A DNA stretch of 64,000 nt from Candidatus Helarchaeota archaeon (GCA_019058315.1 JAHPZH010000004.1:288001-352000); one strand, 5' to 3'. Numbered from the stretch's first letter, positions 28,246 through 37,885 are shown. Numbers and translations: made by a program. The notes: generated from the sequence alone by a model not told the origin.

Positions 28246-29138
28246 TTATACTTCCCTTTCACTACCTTTTCCTTTTTTAATTTGAGAAATTTGTTTCTTA
28301 ATATTGCATACTGAATTAATAAGCCAATAGTAATGCTACCATAAACTAACCCCATTATACTCCCGATTCCAATAACAAAATAAAGTAAATCGTCTTTCTC
28401 TTTTAATAAAAAAGGTAATAACAATAATTGCTCTAGAGTTGGTTCTTTAACGATTGTTTGATTTACTATTTCAAATGAATAAATTGGGGTTTGGTTTATA
28501 TTATTAAAAGAATCATTGCACCACCAAAAATAATAATGAGTTCCGATTGAGAAATTCCCTAAAACAATATAATAATCGCTTGAAATATCGTCTATTACTA
28601 CATATTCAACATAATCTAAATGTAAAATGACTTTTGAAATATTTGAATCCTGATCAATCCACCTGGCACTAAAATTTATTTTTAGATCAAGAGTCCAGTT
28701 CAATGGTGAACTTATATTTATTGTAACATGGGAATATTCTGGAGCTAGAGAATCAAAGGGATATAATTTATATTCAAGCAATTCATTACTTTGATGATTG
28801 ATTGTTTCACTAATATTAGTATATTGAAATTTAGAAATAGAAAGGTTATAATGTCCCTTTTTCAATCTTTTCCATTGACTATGACCACTAGAACTAGTGA
28901 ATTTAGTATCAACCCACAAATTTTGTTGCAGAGTTACGTTTGCATTTTCAATGGGTACTCCTTCTTTATCGGTTACATATATAATTAAGTCATTTTTGTG
29001 ATGTCCCCATCCCCAACTAGCTACCATTAACTCATTTGTTGGTGCAGGGTTAGAATTAAAAAAACTATATCCACCTAATAACAGAAGGGCAATGATAAAA
29101 CCACCACCAAATTTAACTTTATTTTTAAACGAAATCAT
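28242..29138 (-). CDS. Membrane-anchored glycoprotein with carboxypeptidase-regulatory-like and Ig-like beta domains
   Basis: N-terminal TM; VTDKEGVPIENANVTL...T.SSG...GHYNLSISKFQY; 11 N-x-S/T sequons; C-terminal TM. Confidence 0.72.
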   Translation of the reverse strand: MISFKNKVKFGGGFIIALLLLGGYSFFNSNPAPTNELMVASWGWGHHKNDLIIYVTDKEGVPIENANVTLQQNLWVDTKFTSSSGHSQWKRLKKGHYNLSISKFQYTNISETINHQSNELLEYKLYPFDSLAPEYSHVTINISSPLNWTLDLKINFSARWIDQDSNISKVILHLDYVEYVVIDDISSDYYIVLGNFSIGTHYYFWWCNDSFNNINQTPIYSFEIVNQTIVKEPTLEQLLLLPFLLKEKDDLLYFVIGIGSIMGLVYGSITIGLLIQYAILRNKFLKLKKEKVVKGKYK

Positions 29139-29154
29139 TTATCCAACCACTTTA

Positions 29155-29577
29155 CTAAACCAAAACCAAGAATTGAACAACACCACAATTTAAAATTTCT
29201 TCAAATATTCTCAAATATGCATTGTAACACCAAATTTTAGAAATTTCAGAATCCACCCATGATAATAAGGTTAAACTCCCAAGAATCCAAGAAAAATCCC
29301 AAAAATAGATTAAACTCAATATTGCAATTAATAATCTAGTTCCAAATAAAAAATTAACCAAACCAAATTCTTTCTTTTTGCTTAATCTCTTACATTTTGG
29401 TTTCTCATTTGAGGATTTAAAATATTTTTCAAAAAGTAATGATAATAATATGGAAATAATAACAATCGCTAAAATTAACGGAATAAAAGGAATTTTGAGG
29501 AAAAATAAACTAACCCAATAACTTTCCAAAAATACCAAAATCAAAAATAACTCCTTTCTGCTAATCTCATACGACAT
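29155..29577 (-). CDS. Small membrane protein
   Basis: 140 aa, 3-4 hydrophobic segments; GGGTGA upstream. Confidence 0.6.
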   Translation of the reverse strand: MSYEISRKELFLILVFLESYWVSLFFLKIPFIPLILAIVIISILLSLLFEKYFKSSNEKPKCKRLSKKKEFGLVNFLFGTRLLIAILSLIYFWDFSWILGSLTLLSWVDSEISKIWCYNAYLRIFEEILNCGVVQFLVLV

Positions 29578-29606
29578 TAAGAAAAATCACCCTAAAAAAA
29601 AATAAA

Positions 29607-31532
29607 TTATAAGAAAAGTAACCAAAGGTTAGGAATTATTAGCCAAAGTACTAATATAACACCACTTAAACCAATACTGAATAACATTAACTTTTGAAAT
29701 TGTTTTTGCCTATCCTTTTCTATTTGATAATCAATTTCCTTCTCTGTTGGCGGTCTTTGATATTCCTTTTCTAATTTTATTGATATATCAGTTCTATGAC
29801 CTGCCATTTCTCTTTTCTTTTGACCACGTTTATAGAGATAATAGCCAATTACAACGATTATAGCTATCACAACACCAATTATAACATAAACCCAAATATT
29901 CTTAAACCAATTCAAAGAACTAAATGGATTTTGTGCCATTTCCAAAGCATCAGCTACCGCATCAACCCATTGAGGATTAACTAAAACTCCACCCGCCAAA
30001 ACTCCACGTGGTAACCCGTCAAATATATCATCACCCCGTTCTTCATCATAGTAACCCAATTGACCATTTACATTAGAACTATGTGGAGTATAGTTGTAAT
30101 ATGCACCAAAATAAATATCAGCTTGAAAAGTTTCCCAAAGATAGACATTTCTAACTTCATAACCGTTGATTGTTACAGGATATATGTCGTGCGACCAATC
30201 ACCCGAAGTATGCGGGGTTATTATCAATGGCGGTATTGTTGCACAAACTCCATAATCAACCCGTTTATGTTCATAGTGTATCTTGTGTTGAAGTTGATAT
30301 AACTGTAACATAGGTCGCATTTTAAACCAATCAGCAAAGAGCAAACTATCTAATTGACCAATTGAAGAATCTATAAATCTACCGCGTATTGTAATATCTT
30401 GAGAATTATTGATTTGGTCTTTGAATGTTCTTGGTGATGAATTTTCTGGCAAACCCGCAATTATATGACCGCGTTGTATTGTGTTTAATGTTGGCGGTGC
30501 ATCATAATAACCGTATGCAGAAGTACCTTTTTTACTTACTCCGTCTAAAGCTCTTGAAAATGGTACTAATGGATTACCGCCAAGCACCAAATCAAGAACA
30601 TCCCCAATTTGATCATTTCGGGTATAGGTTTCAAAACCGCCCTGATCAACATCAGTCATTAATCGGTTTATCTGTACCGTTGATTCATTATGAACTAATC
30701 CCATTTCCGATTGCTTCTTTGCCACATCACCTATATAGGTATAGGTTTTACCCGTATAACTGTAATTTCCTAATTCGTGAGCTATTACCCGTTTAAAGTA
30801 ATCGGGTAAGGTTTCGCTATTCACAAACAGTCTAAATAAGACATTGGAATGTAAGATTTTTTGGCTAATATTATCTAATTGTGCTTCACCAATCTGATAG
30901 CTTGGCATTGAGAAATATTTTTTTCCAACGACATTAGAATCCGTAAAGCAAACGGGAATGATACCAACCATTCCCCCCGCTGTTACCCGTTCATCTAATC
31001 TACAAATCTCATAAGTTTCCTCTATTCGTTCAGGTCGCCCAAGATAATCAAATGCTTCACACATTGTTACATATAGGATTTGCCATTCTACCGTAAATCG
31101 CTTTACAAATAGAGTTTCACCGTCAATAAAAATTTGTCCTTCATACCCTTCGTCAATAATATACGGGGTATTCTGAAATATCTTAAAACTTGGATCATTC
31201 GTCAATTCTCCATTATAATAATCGCTTTGTATATCTACCGCGACAGTTGGCTTGTTAGTTACAGGATCAAGAGAATCTAAATCCAAAAATTTAACAGGTC
31301 GTACAGAAATCCAACTTCTAATATCCTCAGTCAGTTCTATACCTGTTGTTGGCGGTATATAGAAAAAATCTGGAATTGTCGCGTTATCTTGAAGTATTCT
31401 TGTAACGAAATCATTATTAGCTTGGTCTAAATTCATTTGAAATATCGTATTTCCGATTGTCATTTGTCCCATTGAAATAAAAAAAGGTAAAAGGATTAAA
31501 AGAGCTATTATTTTTTTCCGAATTGGTTTCAA
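29607..31532 (-). CDS. Large secreted/surface protein with two C-terminal TM helices (spike-like)
   Basis: Signal peptide MKPIRKKIIALLILL, ~510-aa beta-rich ectodomain, aromatic membrane-proximal segment, two TMs. Confidence 0.7.
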   Translation of the reverse strand: MKPIRKKIIALLILLPFFISMGQMTIGNTIFQMNLDQANNDFVTRILQDNATIPDFFYIPPTTGIELTEDIRSWISVRPVKFLDLDSLDPVTNKPTVAVDIQSDYYNGELTNDPSFKIFQNTPYIIDEGYEGQIFIDGETLFVKRFTVEWQILYVTMCEAFDYLGRPERIEETYEICRLDERVTAGGMVGIIPVCFTDSNVVGKKYFSMPSYQIGEAQLDNISQKILHSNVLFRLFVNSETLPDYFKRVIAHELGNYSYTGKTYTYIGDVAKKQSEMGLVHNESTVQINRLMTDVDQGGFETYTRNDQIGDVLDLVLGGNPLVPFSRALDGVSKKGTSAYGYYDAPPTLNTIQRGHIIAGLPENSSPRTFKDQINNSQDITIRGRFIDSSIGQLDSLLFADWFKMRPMLQLYQLQHKIHYEHKRVDYGVCATIPPLIITPHTSGDWSHDIYPVTINGYEVRNVYLWETFQADIYFGAYYNYTPHSSNVNGQLGYYDEERGDDIFDGLPRGVLAGGVLVNPQWVDAVADALEMAQNPFSSLNWFKNIWVYVIIGVVIAIIVVIGYYLYKRGQKKREMAGHRTDISIKLEKEYQRPPTEKEIDYQIEKDRQKQFQKLMLFSIGLSGVILVLWLIIPNLWLLFL

Positions 31533-32464
31533 AGTGTTTCACCTTCCAATAACACATAGTTATCATAGGGATCATCTATCCAATCTTGACCTAATATTAC
31601 TCCTACTCCAGATATTTTGTAAAAGTAACCACTTACAAAGAATGTTTCACAACAATAGCATAATTGACCTGTTGTAACATTAAAACTTCCAATATTGTAA
31701 ATTGGGCTTAAGAATCCGTCAATCTCCATATTGGTAACCGTACCGTTCCAATACATCCAAGAATTAGTTCCCTTAGTGTTTTTACTGACTGTTAGAGCTT
31801 TATGTTGATAAGTTCCATTGGGTAAATAAAATCCTTCACCCCAAAGTGATAAATTCGTGGCGAAACCGTCATTTGTTATTTCAAAGGTTATTTGGTGAAA
31901 TCCATCAGTAATATCGCTTACTGAATTTTTTGAAAAATTCCCGTCAATAGCTTTAATCTCAAAACTCATGGTTGTATTCATAGCTCTCCTTTTTAGAAAA
32001 TAGGTATTGACATAAGGATCACCTGTTGAACTTCCACTTCCATTAACCCCAAAAGCCATATAGTGATAACCCGTCAAATTAACAAATGCAGTCAAAGAGC
32101 TATTTGATAGGAATGTTACATTTGTTAAAACCGTTGTATGATAAGATTCATTTCCGTAATGGTATAGTTCTATCGGTACGTTATCAAAATATGTGTTATT
32201 TACTGAATCTTTTAGTCTAATCTTAGCTAAACCGTACGGCATTGCTGGTGGTTCTGGTTTTGGAAGCAACCCTTCAAGCAAATAGTAGTTAGTTGCATCT
32301 TGGTACGCTTCTAATTGAGGGTTTAAAGCTACAATACCACCAACAACAGCTAGAGGAACTAAAACAATAAGTAAATAGGTTACATTCTTACGGGAAAGTA
32401 TTTTATAACCATTCCCCGCCTTTTCAACCCCTTTAGATTTTTCTTTAGGTTCTGTTAAACTCAT
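31529..32464 (-). CDS. N-terminally anchored, heavily N-glycosylated beta-rich protein
   Basis: Single N-terminal TM; about a dozen N-x-S/T sequons. Confidence 0.72.
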   Translation of the reverse strand: MSLTEPKEKSKGVEKAGNGYKILSRKNVTYLLIVLVPLAVVGGIVALNPQLEAYQDATNYYLLEGLLPKPEPPAMPYGLAKIRLKDSVNNTYFDNVPIELYHYGNESYHTTVLTNVTFLSNSSLTAFVNLTGYHYMAFGVNGSGSSTGDPYVNTYFLKRRAMNTTMSFEIKAIDGNFSKNSVSDITDGFHQITFEITNDGFATNLSLWGEGFYLPNGTYQHKALTVSKNTKGTNSWMYWNGTVTNMEIDGFLSPIYNIGSFNVTTGQLCYCCETFFVSGYFYKISGVGVILGQDWIDDPYDNYVLLEGETL

Positions 32465-33288
32465 TATAATTCCTCCCGCATTTCACCTTCTATTAATGTT
32501 CGATATTCCTTTTTTCCAATATAGATCCTTCGAATAGCCATAGCAGATAAGTACCAAAAAGACCAAACAAACATTAGGACAACAAAGAATCCAGAACTTT
32601 CGATTAAAAATAATTGCAACGCGGGTACGTTGGGGTAATAATACCATTCTAACCCTGTAAAAGTTAAATCTAAAGCAGAAACCACTAGTGCCGAAGCAAC
32701 TAAAATTATTGACATTATACCCATGTATTTCGGTTTAAAATCCCTAACTCCTGCAACAACACCAAAAACAAATGTTACAAATGTTATTATTCCACCAAAT
32801 ATAAAACCCCATTTCAAAATCTTATTTACAAAGAAAAACGAATATAGAACTTGATCCACTCTTAAAAAATAATGGGAACTTAAAATTCCGATGTAATAAA
32901 GTCCAACGAATGTTATTGTCGAAGTTCTAGCTATTGGTTGCCTTATTCCTAATGTTAAAAGCATGACAAAAGAAAATATCCAACCGATTTCCGCTTTTGG
33001 TATGAACCAACTTGAAGCAAAGGTTATTATTGATATAAATATGATTAACCAATCTACTAAATGCTCTTTAGCAAACAAGTCTAACTTACCTTTAGTCTTT
33101 CCGTATTTTTTTTCCTCCAATTCGTCATCAATCATAGCTAAAGTTTCCATATCTGAAAATTCGGGTAAATCCTCACCTTTTTCCGAAGCTTTAATTATTG
33201 CTTTGGTTTGTTCTACCTCTACGTTCTCCATTGCTTTCTCTATTTCCTTTTTTTCTTTAATTTTTTCTTTTAAAAACATTTGATTCAC
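32464..33288 (-). CDS. Multi-pass membrane protein, first gene of the membrane operon
   Basis: Charged N-terminal domain then ~6 TM segments. Confidence 0.75.
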   Translation of the reverse strand: MNQMFLKEKIKEKKEIEKAMENVEVEQTKAIIKASEKGEDLPEFSDMETLAMIDDELEEKKYGKTKGKLDLFAKEHLVDWLIIFISIITFASSWFIPKAEIGWIFSFVMLLTLGIRQPIARTSTITFVGLYYIGILSSHYFLRVDQVLYSFFFVNKILKWGFIFGGIITFVTFVFGVVAGVRDFKPKYMGIMSIILVASALVVSALDLTFTGLEWYYYPNVPALQLFLIESSGFFVVLMFVWSFWYLSAMAIRRIYIGKKEYRTLIEGEMREEL

Positions 33289-33437
33289 CGAATCCTTGTC
33301 TTACTTATATTCGATTTTACAAAATAAAAAATAATATGGGGTAAAAATGGGTAAAATCCCCCCATTTTATACAAAAATACCCTAAAATACCATTTAATTT
33401 AGGTTACAAATAAATTGATAAAAACGAATTATGAATT

Positions 33438-33890
33438 ATGGTTTATTATTTATCTTACATTTTATCGCTATTAGGTATGATTGCTTGGATTATCTCAATT
33501 AAATTTTCAATATTTAGAACAAATTGGGTTTATATATTATTCATTTTCACATATATTTTATCAATTTTAAATTATATTTTTCTAATTTATGAATTAATCA
33601 TTTCTAAACAATTTAACATTCTCTATTTCTGGAGTTTTGAGGATTACATGAATGTTTTCTTGTTAAATATAACAACCTATATTTACATAGGAATTTTAGG
33701 GGTTGGATTGATAGTTATTAAATTGATACCTTATTCAATTAATAAAATGAAACAGATACAAATAAGAACTAGAAAAAAATTAAAAGAAACTAATTTAAAT
33801 GAAGAATTAATAGCAATCGGTACGCTCTACGGGTTTTATTTGGAATTGAAGGATGATTTAGAAGAACATAAGAAGAAAAAAAAAGTTTAA
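33438..33890 (+). CDS. Membrane protein (3 TM)
   Basis: 150-aa hydrophobic ORF, very AT-rich. Confidence 0.55.
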   Translation: MVYYLSYILSLLGMIAWIISIKFSIFRTNWVYILFIFTYILSILNYIFLIYELIISKQFNILYFWSFEDYMNVFLLNITTYIYIGILGVGLIVIKLIPYSINKMKQIQIRTRKKLKETNLNEELIAIGTLYGFYLELKDDLEEHKKKKKV

Positions 33891-33930
33891 TTTCTTTTTA
33901 AATCATCTTTAATAACATTATTATTTTCCT

Positions 33931-34509
33931 TCACTTTTTCCCATATATTTTACCATTATGCTTTTTATCAAAACAATACAATTGCTCATCAATTTCGTGT
34001 AATGGTAAATTAATTTTGTCTTTTAAATCATAGATTTTTTTTGCATATTTTAAGTAAACATCTAAATCGTATTCATAATTCTGAATCGTTTTACCTGTCA
34101 AAGCCCTATTAGCCCTAACATCCAATATAGGAAAAATATCAGGTCTCAAGAACTTAAGAATCGTACTCGCCATTGGAACATTAACACCTTGACAATCAAG
34201 TAATTCAGATATGACTTTTTTAGTGTTTGAATCATCTATACTGAGTTTTTTAGATTTTGCTAATTTATCAAGATTTTGGATTACATTATCCGGAATATTC
34301 AATACTCTATTAATTTTCCATAAAGCGACTCTTCTTAAGTCATTAATAGATAATTTATTATTATTTCTTATTTCTGAAAACAATTCCTTCAAAGCATTTT
34401 TTTCCTCAAGATTGTAGTTATATGGAAAGTCTAACTTATCTTTTTTCGGATCATAAACCCTAATCTCATTTGAATTAACTTTTTTTTCTCCTTCCAATAA
34501 AAACACCAA
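33931..34509 (-). CDS. HhH-GPD/DNA-glycosylase-like protein
   Basis: LLDCQGVNVPMASTIL (HhH) followed by FPILDVRA (conserved Asp). Confidence 0.65.
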   Translation of the reverse strand: MVFLLEGEKKVNSNEIRVYDPKKDKLDFPYNYNLEEKNALKELFSEIRNNNKLSINDLRRVALWKINRVLNIPDNVIQNLDKLAKSKKLSIDDSNTKKVISELLDCQGVNVPMASTILKFLRPDIFPILDVRANRALTGKTIQNYEYDLDVYLKYAKKIYDLKDKINLPLHEIDEQLYCFDKKHNGKIYGKK

Positions 34510-34651
34510 TAAAACTAAATTTATTAAATCAATCGTTAAATTAATTAATTCAGGATTATTTTTACTTTTTCAAAAATTGAAAAATAATCCAGGAAGAAAT
34601 ACTTAGATATTTTATGACTTTTTAGCTTAAAATTGTAAAAAGAGAAAAATA

Positions 34652-34942
34652 TCAAAAGGTGTTATATTTTTCTTTATTAGAATTTTTTTTCTTCTTTAAT
34701 TTTTCAATGGTCTTTTTATAAGAATCCAAATTCTCGTCAATGTGTTTAATTAGAATGATAAAAAGGTCAGTCCACGATAAGCTAGGCAATCCTCCAACAT
34801 CTTTAATCTTAGTCTTTCTAACATCAAAAGCATTGTAAATAGGAAGCGGAATATTTCTAATATCTTTCTCCTTAATATCCCAATTCTTATCTAAGTTAAA
34901 TTTCTCCTCATTAAATTCGGAAACCATTAAAATAAACTCCAA
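34652..34942 (-). CDS. Small hypothetical protein (possible ribbon-helix-helix regulator)
   Basis: KDIRNIPLPIYNAF...LSWTDLFIILI fits a strand-helix-helix layout; likely ATG at 34927. Confidence 0.5.
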   Translation of the reverse strand: MEFILMVSEFNEEKFNLDKNWDIKEKDIRNIPLPIYNAFDVRKTKIKDVGGLPSLSWTDLFIILIKHIDENLDSYKKTIEKLKKKKNSNKEKYNTF

Positions 34943-35162
34943 ATACTAATTTTGACGTATATTTCTAATAACGGAAATAAACCTATATTTATAATAAAAT
35001 TACTTAGCTTCTGACATAAAAACTTAATGTATTATTGGGATAATGTACAGTATTTTTACTGTTAAAAGGGGCAAAAATATCCAAAAAAACCACTTACAAA
35101 TTTAAAATGGGTAAAGCCATATAAAATAGTAGCTAAATTCATAATATCAACCTTAAGGATTG

Positions 35163-35444
35163 ATGAAATTGGTTAGTTATAAAGACTTAATGAAAGAAAA
35201 ATGGTTTTTAGAAGCTTTTTCAAAACTTAAACAAAGTCAGGGAAACGCTAAAGCTTGTGCAAAACTAGCTGAAAAATTAAACATTCCAAGTTCAAACCGA
35301 ATGGGTTTTACAATTGCATGTCTAAAACATCTTAAGGATTTCGGCAAAATGCCAACAGAAGCAGAAGCTAAAGGTTGGGGTTTGGGAACTCCAATAAAAC
35401 AAGAAGATTTAGAGAAAGCTTTAGCAGAACTCGCTACCGTCTAA
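35163..35444 (+). CDS. Small basic helical protein; candidate nucleocapsid/major capsid protein
   Basis: 93 aa, Lys/Ala-rich, followed by a T-tract. Weak by-eye resemblance to the SIRV2-type MCP (see findings). Confidence 0.5.
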   Translation: MKLVSYKDLMKEKWFLEAFSKLKQSQGNAKACAKLAEKLNIPSSNRMGFTIACLKHLKDFGKMPTEAEAKGWGLGTPIKQEDLEKALAELATV

Positions 35445-35449
35445 CTTCA

Positions 35450-35471
35450 TTTTCCAATTTTTATTTTTTTT
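35450..35471 (+). terminator. Archaeal oligo-T terminator-like tract
   Basis: T-rich run (ttttccaatttttatttttttt) right after the 35444 stop. Confidence 0.4.
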
Positions 35472-35487
35472 ATATGGGATTTTCAAA

Positions 35488-36369
35488 TTGATGATAATAG
35501 AAGAATCAAAATTATTTATTAGTGTATTTTTAAATTATTTTTTCATAATTGCTTTCGCCATAGCTATTTCCTTATTCGTATTTTTCTTTATTATATATTA
35601 TAAATTCAGATATGACACATTAAAAAAGAAACTAAAAAAGAATAAGCATGTTATTTTAATGGATTTTATTGGAAATTGGGAGGATTTAGGGGAATACAAA
35701 AAAACTTCCTTATATAAAGGTGATTGGGCTATCTTTGTTGATAGACCTGAATATGAAACCTATAAAGGATATGTAATTGAGGTAGCAGATGGGGAATTGA
35801 GAAAATCAATGCTTGAATATGAAAATCATTATATTATTTTGACTGATTTTAAAGGATCTGATTTAGATAAAAGAAGGGTTAAGTGTCTAATTCACCAAGA
35901 TATTATTATTTGGGGTTTTAAAAAAGGAATTGAGAGAATTTATGAAAAATTAAATCCATTTATTCAAAAAATTAAGGATTTAGAAATAATTAACAAAGAA
36001 ATCAGCGATAGATATAATGTAACGGTAAAAAATGCCATATTAGACCGTTACATAACTACTAGAAAACAAGAAGATTCCATGCAACCATTCTGGAATGAAA
36101 TGGATAAAAGAATTTACGCCCCAAGTATAATAATAGCAGGAGAAATGAAAAAAGTAATGGATAAAGAAGAAAGTTTGTCAGAAGACATTATTAATGTTGC
36201 AAAACTGAAAGAAGAAGAAATTAACCCATTTAGGAAGCTAGAAATTAAAGAATCAAGCTTATCCAATTTAGAAGAAGTTAAGGAGTTAGAAATTGCCAAA
36301 AAAGAAGCAAAAACCAAAGAGAATAATAAAAAAAGTAAAAAAGATAAAAAAAACCATAAAGACAACTAA
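35488..36369 (+). CDS. Single-pass membrane protein with coiled-coil cytoplasmic region
   Basis: N-terminal TM, soluble domain, charged tail. Confidence 0.7.
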   Translation: MMIIEESKLFISVFLNYFFIIAFAIAISLFVFFFIIYYKFRYDTLKKKLKKNKHVILMDFIGNWEDLGEYKKTSLYKGDWAIFVDRPEYETYKGYVIEVADGELRKSMLEYENHYIILTDFKGSDLDKRRVKCLIHQDIIIWGFKKGIERIYEKLNPFIQKIKDLEIINKEISDRYNVTVKNAILDRYITTRKQEDSMQPFWNEMDKRIYAPSIIIAGEMKKVMDKEESLSEDIINVAKLKEEEINPFRKLEIKESSLSNLEEVKELEIAKKEAKTKENNKKSKKDKKNHKDN

Positions 36370-37885
36370 AAAATTAGAGTTTTCAACTGAACCTGACAAA
36401 ATAACTATTAAAAAAATTGAATTTGGGCTTAAAATTTTATCAGAAGATAGAATAACTTTCTTACATGCGATTACACACACCCAAAGAAATAAATATCTTG
36501 AACAAAGATACCCCGATTTTCCAAAACAAATTAAAATTGAAATTGCAAAGGCAATTCACGATGTAATGAACGGAATTATCCAGCATTTAAGCCAATTGAA
36601 TGTTTTTCTTGATGATTACAAAGATGATAAGGATATACCTTTTCTTCTTGAAAATATAAAAGAACATGCTAAAAATATAATTTCATTTGTTAATCTTTCG
36701 GGTTTTTCTATTTTAGATGATATGCAATTAAGGGCAAATTATTATCAAATTACATTTGATTTAATAAAGATTTTAGGATTAATTGAATGTTTAAAAAATC
36801 CTCAAGATAGTGAAATAGCTAAAATTTTCGATTTAAATTTAAGTTCAATCCGATTTAATGAGAAATTAATAATCTTAATTAGTGAAATAAACCAAGAATC
36901 GTTAAAAGATAACATTTTAATTGATAAATGGGTAATGGGGTTAGAAACAACTAATGAAATGATGATCCATTTTAAATACATGGTTAAAAACCTTAGTAGC
37001 TATTTTTTCCTTATTCGATCAAGCAATTACCCCATAAAAGAATATATCATTTCAGCAATTTTCAGGGTAATTTATTTTATTAATGAATTAATTTTACCAA
37101 TAAATTTTGATGAAGGAAGGGTTTATGTTTCTCCAAGAGATTACATTGAAATCTTTGCAAAATATGAAAATAATCTGAGGGAATTAATAGGTTTATTGGA
37201 AATATTTTTTCAAAACTTCAATCATTTAGCCATAAAACCAACTGAAAGTAATGTGATTGAATTATATGTTGCAAAAGATTGTAGATTATGCAAGATTTTT
37301 TTTGAAAACAAGTTATTTGAGTACATACAAAATATGTCTATTAATCTGGATAAAGGATTAGCAATTTACGACTCAACAGATGATATTAACGCTTTAGCTA
37401 GACGTTTCTTTTATACAATTAAATTTGTTCCTTCAATTAGATTTCCAAGCATTTCAAATAATTGGAAATGGTTAAATATATTCCCATTTAAAGATGAGGA
37501 ACAAGATGAAAAGTTAGATATTGCACCTTCAGAAGCTTGTAAAACTGCCACTATTGAAATAAATAATTATCTCTTTGGGGCTTTTTCAAATATCATTCCA
37601 ACTCTTAATAAAAGCAAAACTCAGAAAAAAGGAAAAAATAAGAATAGGGAAAAATATTTGGTTAAATTGAATAAAATAATGGAGATATTTCAAAAAGATC
37701 CTGAAACTCCATTAACAATTAAAGAAATTACTGATGAAATAAAAGAAAATTACAGCAATACTAATTATTTTTGTAAGAAATTAATCAAAAAAGGGATTTT
37801 ATATACCGAAGATCCGAAAAGTCTGAGGGTTAAAGCTTATAGATTAAATTTTGATAAATACAATTTCGAAGTTCAAAGGAGTTAA
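36293..37885 (+). CDS. Hypothetical protein: helical N-terminus, thioredoxin-like CxxC segment, C-terminal winged helix
   Basis: IELYVAKDCRLCK...IKFVPSIRF (Trx-like, cis-Pro VP); PLTIKEITDEI...CKKLIKKGIL...AYRL (wHTH); AGGAG before TTG. Confidence 0.62.
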   Translation: MPKKKQKPKRIIKKVKKIKKTIKTTKKLEFSTEPDKITIKKIEFGLKILSEDRITFLHAITHTQRNKYLEQRYPDFPKQIKIEIAKAIHDVMNGIIQHLSQLNVFLDDYKDDKDIPFLLENIKEHAKNIISFVNLSGFSILDDMQLRANYYQITFDLIKILGLIECLKNPQDSEIAKIFDLNLSSIRFNEKLIILISEINQESLKDNILIDKWVMGLETTNEMMIHFKYMVKNLSSYFFLIRSSNYPIKEYIISAIFRVIYFINELILPINFDEGRVYVSPRDYIEIFAKYENNLRELIGLLEIFFQNFNHLAIKPTESNVIELYVAKDCRLCKIFFENKLFEYIQNMSINLDKGLAIYDSTDDINALARRFFYTIKFVPSIRFPSISNNWKWLNIFPFKDEEQDEKLDIAPSEACKTATIEINNYLFGAFSNIIPTLNKSKTQKKGKNKNREKYLVKLNKIMEIFQKDPETPLTIKEITDEIKENYSNTNYFCKKLIKKGILYTEDPKSLRVKAYRLNFDKYNFEVQRS

